Part shown: piece by piece, positions 12,210 through 26,009 of the stretch
Numbering within the stretch: the stretch's first letter is position 1
How the letters are laid out: every line of letters begins with the position of its first letter
From: Lama glama
Lineage: Eukaryota
Direction of reading: 5' to 3'
Assembly: GCA_028534125.1 (NCBI GenBank)
Contig: CM052817.1
Location: 31,374,001-31,438,000, forward strand
DNA length: 64,000 bases
Position numbers and translations under genes: made by a program
The notes under the pieces: generated by a model
Databases searched by the model: none
Told to the model about the DNA's origin: nothing
The model's input: the letters and a program-made list of their open reading frames with translations, nothing else

Positions 12210-14502
12210 AATTGGGTGGTTGATACATTGGTGTATATTGAATTATTTTTTTCCTTACAACTGACACATATTTCCTAAATATTTATTATTCAATATTTAG
12301 ATCAGGATATAATAACACCAAAGAAGTAGTACATGCTCTCTGCTGACAGGAGTGTAAATTGGTACAGTCACTTTAAAGGGTTATTGACAGTGTCTATTAA
12401 AATGAAAACTAAGGAATGTAATAGATTTTCTGTGTTGAGTAAAATTCAGATTAAACTCCTCAAGAATTACTTTGTTTACTAGAATCTTAAGAAACCAACT
12501 CTGATTTTGAGATATTCCTCTAATTCCTCTGCAGCCCCCAAGTCCCGGCCCACACATTCTACTTCACCCATCTCTCCCCTCCTGCCCTGCACCATCCCGC
12601 ACCCACCAACCTGCCAGTCACTCCCCCACCCCGTCCTTCAGTCATATCTGCTGTAGGTTCTCTCCTTCCTGTGCTCTCAAAACATAAAAGAATTTAAGTT
12701 CCAAGGTCAGTAACTAGACAAGATTTTTATTATTTTTCCTGCCATAAAACTTGAAGCATGAATATCCACTTAATGATGAGAACTTACAAAATGCAACAAA
12801 GATTATTTGCTCTTCCCTGTCACCCTCGGCCCCCACACCCCCTAAAATGTCGGGAACATTTTGCTAAGTCAACAGCTCAGAAAGAATATTGTTTCACTGG
12901 AATGAGATCCACCCACACCGTTTTCAGAGATAAAGTTTTGGAATGGTTATGTTAACTACATACTAAGTAACACTAACGCAGCCACGGAATTTACTGCAAA
13001 GTCAGGTCAGATGGTTTCGCAAGAATTCATGTAACGGAAATTCTTACTACCAAAAATTACTTTGCACTCTTGGGGTTTAGATGAATTGAACAGTACCCGG
13101 GACAAGATTGCTAAGGACTAGCCTATTTGAAAATCTGCAGCAATTCTTACTAAAACAATTCTTACCGAAACATTCCTCGGTTACCACAGAATATCCCTGA
13201 AGTAATATATTTCCCCTTGCACTATTTAGAAGTTTTGTCTCAGAATTTATCCTGTATCTCTGAATCAAAGTTGGTTCATTTTCAAATTATAGAGATAAAT
13301 AATAATCATGAAAAGATTGAATTCAATCATTTTACCTTTCCGTTGACTTGAACTTGATGGTTGTTTCTTAAATGTGCACGTGGTAAAATTCACATAACTT
13401 CATGATGCTTTGCTAGGGAGGCATAGATCCCATTTTTAAACTTTTGTTCCTAAGACATCATTTGGTCAAGCTGTCTTGTTGTTCAAATGCCTTCTTAAGA
13501 TTTTTGAGACATAGAACTGATTTTTTTTTGACTGAATTCTAAAATTGTGGTTGATTAATTTTTCTTTGCCCATTTTTGTGTAGGTAATTTTTTAAAATAC
13601 CTTTTTTATGGTATGATTCCTGTGCAGTAAACTACACATATTTCAGATGTACAATTTGATGAATTTCGATAGATGTATACACCAATGAAACCACCACTGC
13701 AATCAAGATAGCTAACATTTCCATCACTCCCTAAGAGGTGCAAATTTCAAATTCTCAATTTATCCTTTCCCATCCCCTTTACCGCCTGGTAACCATAGAC
13801 TTGTTCTCTATGTCTGTGAGTCTATTTCTGTTTTGTAGATAAAATGGGGGAAAAAAGTTGAAAAGATGGTCCAAAAACCTAGTCACAGTGTCACCTTGTT
13901 GGCAGTTTTTCTAGTGGAGAACAGATTATGAAAAGTTTCTTACGTGGTGTAAAATGTTTTCATTCTGTGTTTTAGTGTTAGCCTCAAAAAAAAGCACTTC
14001 TAATAATGGATCTGGATTTACAGGCTTATTTGAATCCTGCTTAGGAAAAAAGAGCCTACTGATGTTTAATTCATTTCATTATTAGATTCAATTTCATTAA
14101 GGAGAAGGTGAGTTAGTAGACCTGAAAAATCATTCTCTTTAGGGAAAGTGGTACAGAAGACTAAACTCGCTTTTAAACACGTTTTCTGAAATGCACAATT
14201 CATCCCTCACGAAGTGGGTTAGCTCGGTTCCCTGTAACGCAGTGATTTCTAGGCTGACGGGGTTGCTGTGCCCTCTCCTACATTCAGGCATCACGAATGC
14301 TTCTGCTTTCCAGGTGACACACTGATAGCATGAAGGAGAGGAACAGCTGTCTTGGGGCAGGGCAGCGGGGGTGTGGAGGCACTGTGACGAACTGCTGGGC
14401 CCAAGCCAGTACCGACCACTCAAGTTTCTCTTTCTTGTAGAAGGTAAACATGAATGCACCTCCCTTTCGTTTGTTGACATTTCCCTCTTTCCCTTTTTCC
14501 AG

Positions 14503-14769
14503 GCTATGTGCTGCCTCTGATCTGTCCAAATGCCTCCCAGGCTTGGTGTGAGATCACACGTGTGTCACAGCTGCTGGCGTCTCCCGTCCTCTACAAAGGC
14601 ATGAATTCCAGCATAACCAACTTGAGCACTTCTGCAAGTGCAGAAAACAAATACAGTCTTTATGTGGGCCTGGCACTGGCAGTAAGTTCCAGTATTTTTA
14701 TTGGCTCCAGTTTCATCTTGAAAAAAAAGGGCCTCTTGCAACTGGCCAACAAGGGCATTACTAGAGCTG
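14503..14769 (+). CDS. NIPAL1: NIPAL1 exon 2 ([11 protein letters not shown]...[37 protein letters not shown])
   Basis: Polypyrimidine tract + AG at 14501-2; GTAAG donor at 14770; 267 nt; NIPA-family motif [16 protein letters not shown]. Confidence 0.97.
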
Positions 14770-15719
14770 GTAAGAAACCGACACAACTATAACAAATTAA
14801 AGTTTCTAACTGCAGAAATAATCCTGTTGTAAGACCATAGTGCTGCAGGAATAACTATCTCACTGTCTCTGTCTTAGCCCCGTCTCTCTTCTTAGCAACT
14901 GTTCTTGGCACGTTCCAGGACGGAGCCAGCTGTGTCTCCTTTAGGGTGAGAATAAAATTCAAGAGCTTCGGAGTGAGGGATGGGTCTTCTTTCAGAGCTT
15001 TAGTCTGCAGTTTCAGGCTTCAAAGGCAGATCAGGCTCCTCCCCTGCTTAAAACATGTCAGTGGCTTTTCTTTGCACTAAGAGTAAAATCCAAACTTCTT
15101 CCATGGTCTCTGACCTCCTGCCTAACATGACCCATGTTACCTCTCCAGCGTCATCTTCTGCGGCCCTCCCTGTCACCTGCTTTTCTCTGGTTCCTGGAAT
15201 GTACCAAGTTCTTTCCTACCTCAAGGCCTTTTCCTTTGCCTGGAACTCTTCCCTGCCTTTCACTTGGCTAACTCATTCTTGACACTTCAGCTAAAATATC
15301 ATCATTCCAGCAAGGCCTTCCTTGACCATCCTCTCCAGGGAGGTCTCCCTCACTCCACCCCTGCTTTTCTGTGTCACTGCACTAACAGCTTCCTTCACTG
15401 TGCCTGGAATAATTTATCCTTGTACATTTATTGTTTCTTTACTTGTTGTCAACAGGCTTACTTGTTTATTGACAGTGGACTCGATAAGAGCAGGAACCTT
15501 CCCTAGCATAGTGGCTGGCACCCAATAAATATTGTCAAATCAATGAATGGATGGCAGTAGAATTAGGTTACTATTTATAGTGATATTTCAGATGCTGTTT
15601 AACTCTGCTTGACTATCCTCCATTAACCATGAATTTTCTGTTCATCCTTATCAAGAATAATATCATATAAGAGCTAAGGTTCTTAGGGGAAAATAAATGA
15701 CCATGAATTGTGGAAACAA

Positions 15720-16605
15720 GTTTATTAAGAGTACTATTGAGGGGAGATGTGCACTATCAGAAAATAAAACATACTATAATGCTATATTGAGTAAAATAGT
15801 TTGGTACTGGCATTAAAAAATATAGACAAAATAATAAAAGATAATTGAATTTAATATATGATTTTTAAGTGGCATTTCAATCCACAGGAAAAAGCATGAA
15901 TTATTCAATCGAAAGTACTGAGACCATTGGCAAAAAAAATAGAGAAAAATGTAAGAAGAGTTCTACTTTATGCCACTTGGCAAAATAGATTCAACAGAGT
16001 TTAAGTTAAATTTCAAATGAAATACTTTTTTAAAAAACTTGAAATCTTCCTAAGCATAAAGATAAAGGAAGAATCTGTTCTATATAAGGAAGAAGTTATT
16101 TGGGTTGACCAAAAAAGAAAAAAAAATCCTACATGGAAACAGTCTTAACTAAAACTAAAAAGGAAATGACATATAGGGGAAAAGTTTCAAAATATATGAC
16201 AAAGGGTGGTTAAGATCCACAATATGTAAAGAGTTACTATAGTCAATAAGAAAAAGATTAGCACCCTAACAGAAAATAGACAAAGCACATAAACAATGGA
16301 CTCACAGAATAAGAATTGTAAATGGCCAATAAATATACTCAAATAAATAATTTCATTAGTACCCAAAGAAATACCAACTATATAACAATGAGCTCCTGGG
16401 TTGTTGCCTACTATTTTAATAAGGTTTCGTTTTTCTTTAAAAAAATAATGTCCTATGTTGGTAGGGGACTTTGGGAAATAAGTAGCGCTCTCAAACATTG
16501 CTCGAACAGTATAAATGGGTACAAATTTTCCTGAGAGTAATTTGAGAAGGCTTAAAAATGTTAATATCCTAAAACCTAATAATTCCACTTCTGGAAATTT
16601 ATCTT
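15720..16605 (+). mobile_element. Old L1M ORF2 3' remnant
   Basis: Degenerate L1 ORF2 C-terminal sequence (TTTGGTACTGGCAT, AAATGGCCAATAAA, AATTCCACTTCTGG). Confidence 0.6.
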
Positions 16606-16665
16606 AAGAAGTTAACAAAAATAATAATAATAATAATAAATTAATTTTTAAAAAAAGAAGTTAAC

Positions 16666-18180
16666 AAAGCTACAGTAATCAAAACAGTATGGTATTGGCA
16701 CAAAAACAGACATATGGATCAATGGAACAGAATGGAGAGCCCAGAAGTAAAACCACACACCTACAATCAATTAATCTACAACAAAGGAGGTAAGAATATA
16801 CAATGGAGAAAAGAGAGTCTCTTCAGCAAGTGGTGTTGAGAAAGCTGGACAGTGGCATATAATCAGTGAAATTAGAACACTCCCTCACACCATTCACAAA
16901 AATAGATTGGTTTAAAAACCTAAATATAAGACATGACACCATAAAACTCGAAGAAAACACAGGCAAAACATTCTCAGACAAAAATTGTAGCAATATTTCT
17001 TAGATCGGTCTCCCAAGGCATAAGAAATAAAAGCAAAAAAATGAAACAAAACAAATGGGACCTAATCATCTTAAAAGCTTTTGCACAGCAAAGGGAACCA
17101 TTAACAAAATTAAAAGACAACGTACAGAATGGGAGGAAATATTTGCAAATGATGCAACCAATAAGGGATTAATATCCAAAATATACAAACAGCTCATACA
17201 ACTCAATATCAAAAAAGAAAGAGAGAAAGGAAGGAAGGAAGAAAAACCTAAATAGACATCTCTCCAAAGAAGACATAGTTGGCCAACAGGCACATGAAAA
17301 GATGTTCCACATCACTAATTATTAGAGAAACGCAAATCAAAGCCACATGAGGTAACACCTCACACTGGTCAGGATGGCCATCATCAAAAAGTCTAAAATA
17401 ATACATGCTGGAGAGGGTGTGGAGAAAAGGGAACCCTCCTAAACTGTTGATAGGAATGTAAACCGGTGCAGCCACTATGTAAAACAGTATGGAGATTCCT
17501 TAGAAAACTAAAAATAGACTTACCTTATGATCCAGCAATCCCACTCCTGGGCATATATCTGGAAAAGAAAAAAAAAACTCTAATTCAAAAAGATACATGC
17601 ACCCCAATGTTCATAGTAGCACTATTTACAATAGCTAAGACATGGAAACAACCCTAGTGTCCATCAACAGACTGGCTTAAGAAGATGTGGGGGGATGTTT
17701 ATAACTAATATTACTCAGCCATAAAAAAGAATGAAATCTTGCCATTTGCAGTAACATAGATGGACCCAGAGAATACTATACTCAGTGAAGTCAGTCATAC
17801 AGAGAAAGATAAATATATGATATAACTTATGTGGAATCTAAAAAATAATACAAATTAATCTATATACAAAACAGAAGTAGACTCAGACGAAAACAAACTT
17901 ATAGTTACCAAAGGGGAAAGGGAGTGGGGGAGGGATAAACTGGGAGTATGGGATTAATAGATACAAACTAATACACTAAAATAGATAATCAACAAGGGTT
18001 TACTGTATAGGACAGGGAACTATTTTCAGTAAATCTTGTAATAACCTATAATGGAAAATAATCTGAAAAATATATATATATATAAATGAATCACTTTGCT
18101 GTGCACTTGTAATATAGTATTGTAAATTAACTACACTTCAATAAAAAAAAAAAAGAGAAGAGAAAGAAAGAGAGAGAGAA
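16666..18180 (+). mobile_element. 5'-truncated L1 (ORF2 C-terminus + 3' UTR + A-tail)
   Basis: Translated fragments [12 protein letters not shown] and [14 protein letters not shown] are L1 ORF2; AATAAA + poly(A) at ~18140; AGTTAAC at both ends. Confidence 0.92.
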
Positions 18181-18636
18181 AAGAGTTAACTACCTTGCAA
18201 GATAACCCTTACAGCTAATCTATCCTGTTTAGTTTAATTACAACCAGTTCAGATAGGTCAAATTCACTAGATTAAGTATATTAAAATTGGTGAGAACATT
18301 ACATTTTTTAGAACAAACATAACAGTGACCTAAGGTCGCAAATTACAGTAGTGGGAGGATAACTCTCTGAGTATCTTAGGAAAGGTTTTTGTCCTGTTCA
18401 GTAGACTAGACACAAAGTCAATTGCATGGTGCCCAAGCAGAGAATAGATAGAATCCAGGTGGCTAATCCTCGCCGTTCTCTGATTGACAATCCAAAATCT
18501 CCAGCGCTCTTATGTCAACCATCTACTTCCTTTTAAGATCCTCATTAGGTTACCAATCTAATTTATGATTTATGGTTTTCTGACTTTTAATTTTAACTGT
18601 GGCTGAAACAAAGTATTTAGGGCTTACATTACTCTA

Positions 18637-19109
18637 TGTCCACACCTCTGAATGGCTTAAATACAGTGTGGACAAAGAATGTCACCTGCTGAATCAGTAA
18701 AGGAAGTATGTTGTGGCCATCAAGCTACCAGCCACTGGAGCCACCCCTGAGGGGATCCAGGACGGAGAAAACAGGGTACAAAGGAATGATTTAGTGAGTT
18801 CAGTGAGCCCAGACTCTTGTATATTCCCATACATAGAGAAGTGCTAAATTCATTAACTTGATATGTTTTCTTTAGTTAACAGTAATCTTTTGATGTTTCG
18901 ACTGGTTTTTTTTTTTGTTTATTTATTTTTGGTGGGGTTTTTTTTCTAACAAATATTGCTGTATATCCCGGCTCCACCCTTTCCCTATTGGAGAAGTCCC
19001 TCAGAGCTACCTGAGAGTGTATCTCCCAGGCTCAACCCCTCAGCAAGTCCGGCTGAACAAAACATAATTCTCAACTTTTAGGTTGTGCTTTTTTTTTTTC
19101 CAGTCAGCA
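18637..19109 (+). mobile_element. ERV1-like solo LTR
   Basis: TG...CA ends; resembles artiodactyl ERV1 LTRs (TGGACAAAGAATG...CATAATTCTCAACTTTTAGGTTGTG); left boundary approximate. Confidence 0.6.
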
Positions 19110-19332
19110 ATAAACCTGATGACTAAACAAAATTTTCCTGCAAATAAAAAAACCTACTTTCTGTAGAAATCAAAGGTGACATAGAGAAAGCTTTAGAAGA
19201 TCTCTGGAAATGACCAAGTAAATAAATTAAAAGATGAGATAAACTGACTACGCCTTAAATCTTGCTTTTTCGAACCATATTCCAGTACCTTTCATAGAAA
19301 TTAATCCCTCAAACCCTCTTCCTCTACTTTAG

Positions 19333-19512
<180 letters not shown>

Positions 19513-20269
19513 TAAGAATGGCATTTAAGTCTAGACATTTTCCGATGCACATAATATCTTATATATAAAATAAGTCACATGTATTTAGAATTAATTTTTA
19601 CTCTTTCCTCCCCCAATCTCCATGTTCTCAATACTGTATTGGAACACAAGGGGGCAAATTAACATCTGAAATCTTACATTTTATCACAAAATTGTCCTTC
19701 TCTTGTGTTTCAGTCCCTGTAACAACTGAGGGAAATGCTTTCCTCTCACATTTTCCCAGCTCCTAATTTGACATGTGACTATTTGAGTTGCAAATTTGCT
19801 AAGAAATGGGTACATTCTCCTGGCCAGGAGCAAAACATGGATAAATGAATATTCCCTCAGGCTGCTTAGCGCTGAACAAATGGAGAGAAGATGAATGAAG
19901 CTTGTTCCCGATCTCCTTCCTCCTAGACCTGCCCTGAGGACTAAATGAGACTGTAGGATATGAAAGCTCTTTCTAGATGCTAATGTGACATCCAAAGAGA
20001 AGGTAGTGTTATCTCCCTCAGATGCTTTTGCAGATTGAGAGCTCCCTCCTGACTCTGAACTTTTTCAAATCCCAAGCCTAAAACTTCAAAGAAAAGACCT
20101 CATAAACTGCAGTTTCACACACTTGCCAGCCATCTCCCTCAGCAGCCAGAAGCCTTAAAACTTCCAGTGATCTTCCTGTACCAAGTAACACATTTCGGTA
20201 TTTGTAAGATCCTGGTATGAGAAAGAACTGGATAGCTTTTCTTTAATAAGCGGTAGTATCTAGAAGCCT

Positions 20270-20890
20270 TGTTACCCAAAAAGTGGGTTCACCTCTTGGC
20301 AGGGGTTGAGGCAAAAGACACAACCAAGCCAAAGAGCTGGAGAAGGAAGGATTTATCACTTGCAGCAAGTAAGGAGAACACCAGGATCCTTCCCAAAGCA
20401 GTGTCTCCTGAAACAGCAAAGTTGCAGACGTTTTAAGCTTAAGGGTACGTGCAAACTCATGAAGGGGCTTGAGCAGAGGAGAATTCAGCATAGAATCGGG
20501 GCAAAGGTTGACAGAGTCCAAGCTTTAGTTGATGGAAGTCTCTGAGGGTCAGAACAGGTCATCATCATCCCTTAGGCTCCAGTTGATCAGGTGGTTAAGC
20601 ACTGGAAATTCTGCAAAACAGCTCAACAGAGGGCTTCAGGCTAATCTTTACCATTGAAACAGCACTGGGAGTCTTTATAACTGATTTATCATCTTTGTTA
20701 CTGTTACTTCTCTTGCCTAATATCAGTTTGTTCTTTTGTTCCCTTAAGATCATTATCACTGAGACCTGTTGAAGGGCAAGCACTGTGGTCAGGCTGAGAT
20801 CACAGAATGGCTTAGGCTAGAAATGGCTTCTCTTGCGTCAAAAAGCTATATCTGGTTCATTTCCTCCAGGGACCCCCTAGCCGTACCTGC
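20270..20890 (-). mobile_element. ERV1-like solo LTR
   Basis: TGTTACC terminus; GGATTTATCACTTGCAGCAAGTAAGGAGAACACC resembles an antisense LTR R/U5 region. Confidence 0.6.
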
Positions 20891-21305
20891 TGAGAGGATG
20901 ATGAATAAAAATAATTTAAATTTGTATAGCTTTTTCCATTTTTAAGGTGTTTTCATACTTTATTTGAGTGAAAGTTGTCAGGGAGTGTACTGAGAAGACT
21001 TCAAATAAATATTTGGAAGATTCTTTCTCCTTTTCTCTCTGTTTCTCTCTCTCTCCCTCTCTCTCATGTCTCTCCACACAATAGAATGAAAATAGGAGAA
21101 TATTATGTGGCTACATTTATCATTATATTCTCATCACACATAAAGTTTATGCCCATGTTGAAGAGAGAAAAGCACAAGTCTTCAACATTAGAGATTTTAT
21201 CTAGCAACAAACGTAACAGTACTTTAACCATGATATCAATATTTTCCTGGAAAGCTGTGTATACAGATAAAAATATAAATAATAGGCAGTATTCAAGAAA
21301 GCTTA

Positions 21306-21690
21306 TGTCGATGAAGGAAATTGATTAGTCAATCTAAGAGAGAAATGGAAATTTTTATTCAAGCCAAATTGAGGATTATAACCTGGCAATAGCCTCTCAG
21401 AAAGAGAACCGTTCCACCTGTCAGAGGTCAAAGCACAGTTATGTAAGTTTTTGAGACAGGGAGCTATACAATAAATGATGTCTAATTGACAGTTTACACA
21501 ATCCAGAGCTGTAATTACAAAGAGAGTAGTGGGCCCTTCCAAGATTCAGAAGGAAGGTTATCTCCTAAGGGAGTCTGGTAAGTGCGGAGGCACAAAACAC
21601 AACGGGATGGAGGAGGCCCAAACAAGCAAAGAAAAACTTCATGTTTAAATTTTTCTCGTCTTGCCATAAGATCTGAATTTTATTTCATCC
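21306..21690 (-). mobile_element. ERV1-like solo LTR
   Basis: 4-bp TSD CTTA (21302-5 and 21691-4); TG start; antisense AATAAA (TTTATT ~21354). Confidence 0.65.
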
Positions 21691-22533
21691 CTTACTATTC
21701 CAAAAAAAAAAAAAAAGACTACCATTGTTCTTAGAAGAGCAGCCTCCTCATTGTTCTTTTCTGTAAGTTTCAATTTGTTTTATGATGTTTTAAAGCTGAG
21801 TCCTCCTGTCCATTCAGCTGGGGTTGGGGCAGGGGTGGGGAGAGTGGTGTGGATAGCAGCCAGAAGGAACAAGAAAAAGTGTGCTGGTGTCGTTCATCTG
21901 TTCCAGAAGCTCTCTCTACAATAAGCGTTTGCTTGGCATCGTTTGCAGCGGGAACTACTACATTCTGTGGGCAAGTGTCCCAGTGGTGACCCATGAAAAT
22001 AATTTGGCCCCAATACAAGGGCTGGGCTCTTAAAGGGATTTTCCCTCACTTTGGAAGTTAATTGCATCACAGTATCTCATGGAAGTCTAGAGTTCCTCAG
22101 ATAAGACAAAGATTACAGGAGTACATTGTTAGGACCTTCAAACATCTGGTTGGATCTCCTTGGGCTACTAAGATAGTGTTACTTGATTGTAGATCGTCTG
22201 CAGTCCGCGCAGATACCTGACTGCCGGGCCTGCTGTAGGCATCTCTGCCCACGCCCTGCCTAGGCAGCAGATCTCTAGAAAGCATTCCCATTTTACAAGT
22301 GGCTTTACTGTTAATTTGCATAGCAGTAGGTATTCTTAAACAAACAGAATAATTCTCTGCTTACTCCCAAGCTACCTCTACTAGATTTCATCAGCATGAC
22401 CAAATATGTTTCTGGTACTAAAGTAACTAAAAGCATTATTGAAGATCATTTAAAATGAATATCCATCTGTCACCACTTTTTACATTAGTTGAGTTTGCAT
22501 CACCAGGTAATTAAAGTTTATCTGCATCCTTTT

Positions 22534-23107
22534 TTAAAATTTTTTTTTATTGAAGTATATATAGTCAGTTTACAATATTGTGTCAGTTTCTGGTGTACAG
22601 CACAATGCTTCAGTCATACATGAATATATATATATTTGTTTTCATATTCTTTTTCACGATAAGCTACTACAAAATATCAAATATAGTCCCCTGTGCTACA
22701 CAGTATAAACTTATTTATCGATTTTATATATACCAGTCAGTACCTGCAAATCTCAAACTCCCAATTTATCCTTTCCCATCCCTTTCCCCCCTGGTAACCA
22801 TAAGTTTGTTTTCTATGTCTATGAGTCTTTTTCTGTGTCTGTGAGTCTGTTTCTGTTTTATATATAAATTCATTTGTCTTTTTTTAAAATTCCACTTATG
22901 AGTGATATCATATGGTATTTTTCTTACTCTTTCTGGCTTGCTTCACTTAGAATGACATTTTCCAGGGCCATCCATGTTGCTGCAAATGGTATTATTCTTT
23001 TTTATGGCTGAGTAGTATTCCATTGTCTAAATATACCACAACTTCTTTATCCAGTCATCTGTCGATGGACATTTAGGTTGTTTCCATGTCTTGGCTGCTG
23101 CAAGTGG
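22534..23107 (-). mobile_element. L1 3' end in NIPAL1 intron 3
   Basis: 16-bp TSD TTATCTGCATCCTTTT (22518-22533 and 23108-23123); antisense L1 3' UTR. Confidence 0.9.
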
Positions 23108-23288
23108 TTATCTGCATCCTTTTAATACCAAACCATCTCTACCTTCCATAAAAGAGGTTAAATTATTCCTTTTTGCTAGATCTATCAGCATCTATCAGAA
23201 AAAGTCTACTGCTTTCCATGTGTCGTTTGTTTTTCTCTGAGGATAAATAAGCCCATCTTCTGTATTAATCCTGCTGCTTGCTTTCCAG

Positions 23289-23379
23289 TGGGAGCAGGAG
23301 AGGCTGCGAATTTTGCAGCTTATGCTTTTGCACCTGCCACCTTGGTCACCCCACTGGGCGCTCTGAGTGTTCTCATAAG
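23289..23379 (+). CDS. NIPAL1: NIPAL1 exon 4 ([30 protein letters not shown])
   Basis: ttccAG acceptor, GTACGT donor at 23380; 91 nt; hallmark NIPA motif [20 protein letters not shown]. Confidence 0.97.
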
Positions 23380-25346
23380 GTACGTAAGCAGTTGCAAATT
23401 TACAAATGTGGTCAAAATGTAAATATTATATAATACAAAACAAATCCTGAGACACTGCATCACCCTGAATAGGACACACTTCAGAAACCTTTTGTTAACA
23501 GGAAAAACCTGTCTCTATGGCAAAAGGATGAGTGACAAGATAGCTAAAGGTAAACTAGAAATCTTAAGGAATTTCCATTTATTCTGTGAGTAATTAAGGT
23601 CCTCAAAAGTTTTAAAACATATTACTTGAAAAAACTTGTAAAGACTGATGAGCATAAGCTTCTCACTGAGAGTTAAGTGCGTAAATCATGCAAAAAGTGG
23701 TGATGCATATGCAAGTGGACAGAATTTATGTTGTTTGTGGTATCAGCACTTTCCCTTTGCTTCTGGGGCATAATTAAGAAAGGCCTGTCTAGATAGTCAT
23801 TCATAGTGAGCAGTAAGGAGCTTTGCTCCTGTAGGGATTTTAACACCATGATAAACTTAACACAGGAAGTATATTGCTAAGCATATTGCAAAACAAAAAT
23901 TTTGAAAATCACAAAAATAATTTGAGACTACACAATGAATAGCAGTAAAAACAGGAGATACATTGTCTTGTTATTTAGAAAACCTGTAAGAAAGTGTACC
24001 TGGTTTCCTGCTAAACATAAAGTAATTGTCTGGTTTATTTGTGACCATTCAACAAAGCCTAGCAGATTTTTTTCCCCACTCTCACCTGAACAAATTGCCA
24101 CAGCCCTTTTCATGCTTTCTGTTGTCATAGTGGTTAATGACTGTGGTTATCAGAGGCCTTTAAAAAAGCATGGGGTTTGGGTTAAATTTCAACTCTCACT
24201 AAAAGTCCTGCATTGTCTGCTGGATACTTCTGTTTGGAGACGTCTTAGTTTCCTTTAGTACTGGACACAGGAATCATTTTCCTGTCAATAGACTGGGGAT
24301 CTGATATTTCTGAGTTGGTCTTTATTATGATCCCAAATGAGTGTGTTCCATGAGCCCACGAACTCTTATTTTTTGTAGCTAAGCAACTGTTTTGTTTGTC
24401 GTCTTTTTCTTTTCCTTTTATCTCTGTTCCCTATCAACCCCTAGAAGAAAGCTTATGACTTGGCCTACCCAGTTCTTTTCACCTTCTTTGTAGGACTGTT
24501 AGAAGAATTAAGTGAGTCAATACACGTAAAGCGCTAGAACCCTGTCTACTGGATGAATGATAGCTATTGGTCATAGCAGTATTTTTGCGGAGGCTGCAGT
24601 CCTCATGAGTGGCCACATGGGGACGACTCTAAGAAAGCAGCTGGTAATTGACCACAGTTTTGGGTGCAAATGGATACTGATAATGCCCTGGCGGGAGTGC
24701 CAGGGCATTAGGAGCAGGTGCCACAGCAGACCTACTGGTAGAGCAGCAGGATGGCATAATCTGGTGTCCGCGGTGGTGCCAACCTAGAACTTCCTGAGGC
24801 CATGGCAACCAAAGTAGTGGAAGCATTGGATAGGTCAACGTACCAGGGCAATAGCAGCTGGTAAGGAAATATTTTAATATTTTGACAACCTATGTGGTTG
24901 TACTTGTGTCTCCTAGCGAAATATGAGCCCTGAGAAGAGTAATTCTTCTTTAGGCATGTATCTTTCTTTGAAGTTTTCATGAGTACACATGTTCTAAATG
25001 TATCATGCCAATAAGATGTAAAAGATCTTCCATTGTGTTTGGCTTTACAGGAGAAGGTGGGAAAATTGAAAATGAACTGAGTGGGACTTCTTAGAAGGTT
25101 ATGAGAAAATTACAGGGGTACAGAATGCCTATTACAACTTTTCAGATACAGAAGCAGTTAAGCAGGTTAACTTAACCATCATGTCTGAGTTTCAAAACTA
25201 ATCAGGTTTTTCAGTAACACACAGTGATTTCAAACTAGTTGACTGGGATACAGAGTAGCATGTACCATAGTGTGATGCCTTGAGCTGCAGTGGAATCAAA
25301 AGGTTATCAAACCAGAGTGATTTTTTTTTTTTTGCTCTTTCCACAG

Positions 25347-25507
25347 TGCAATACTGTCTTCCTATTTTTTAAATGAGCACTTGAACATTCATGGGAAAAT
25401 AGGCTGCATATTAAGTATATTGGGGTCAACTGTGATGGTTATCCATGCCCCACAGGAAGAGGAAGTCACTTCTCTGCATGAAATGGAAATGAAATTGAGA
25501 GACCCAG
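25347..25507 (+). CDS. NIPAL1: NIPAL1 exon 5 ([53 protein letters not shown])
   Basis: Long T tract + cacAG, GTTTGT donor at 25508; 161 nt; phase consistent with exons 4 and 6. Confidence 0.97.
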
Positions 25508-26009
25508 GTTTGTGATTCAACCGAAAGAAACACTCAAATTCTGCTCCACTTTCTCTCCTCATCAAATAAATATGTAATAATGTTGTAATATGCTTCCTTC
25601 AAGCCTAGCTGTGGGTTGAGAGGCACTCAGGTTTGACTGAGTAGCTCAAGTCTTCTGAAAATGTGACACGACTTTATTTTGTGTCGAAGCTTCCCCTCTG
25701 CAGAATGAAAGGAAGGGATGGGGTTGGGAGAAGCCAAAGACTTACACTCCAACCCAAACAGCATCTTCCTCCCTCTGAAATAAAAAGTCAGTCTCTGCTG
25801 TACCTCACAGTGTTACCTCTGAGGTTCAGATGATATGTCTGTGAAAGTCCGTTGTGAAATACTGAGAGCTATGCGGCAAACTGTTGTTACTGCTGTTTTT
25901 AAGTTAATCTCACTTCTCTTTCTAGAACACACCCATGCTCCATAACTAACAAGATTTCACAAATCCTATTAGCGTTTTCAGAAGTTTAATTCTTTTCTCC
26001 TCCTAACAG

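Noticed and set aside
17055..17657. ORFs resembling L1 ORF2
   Set aside because: Frameshifted, 5'-truncated L1 fragments; not functional genes.
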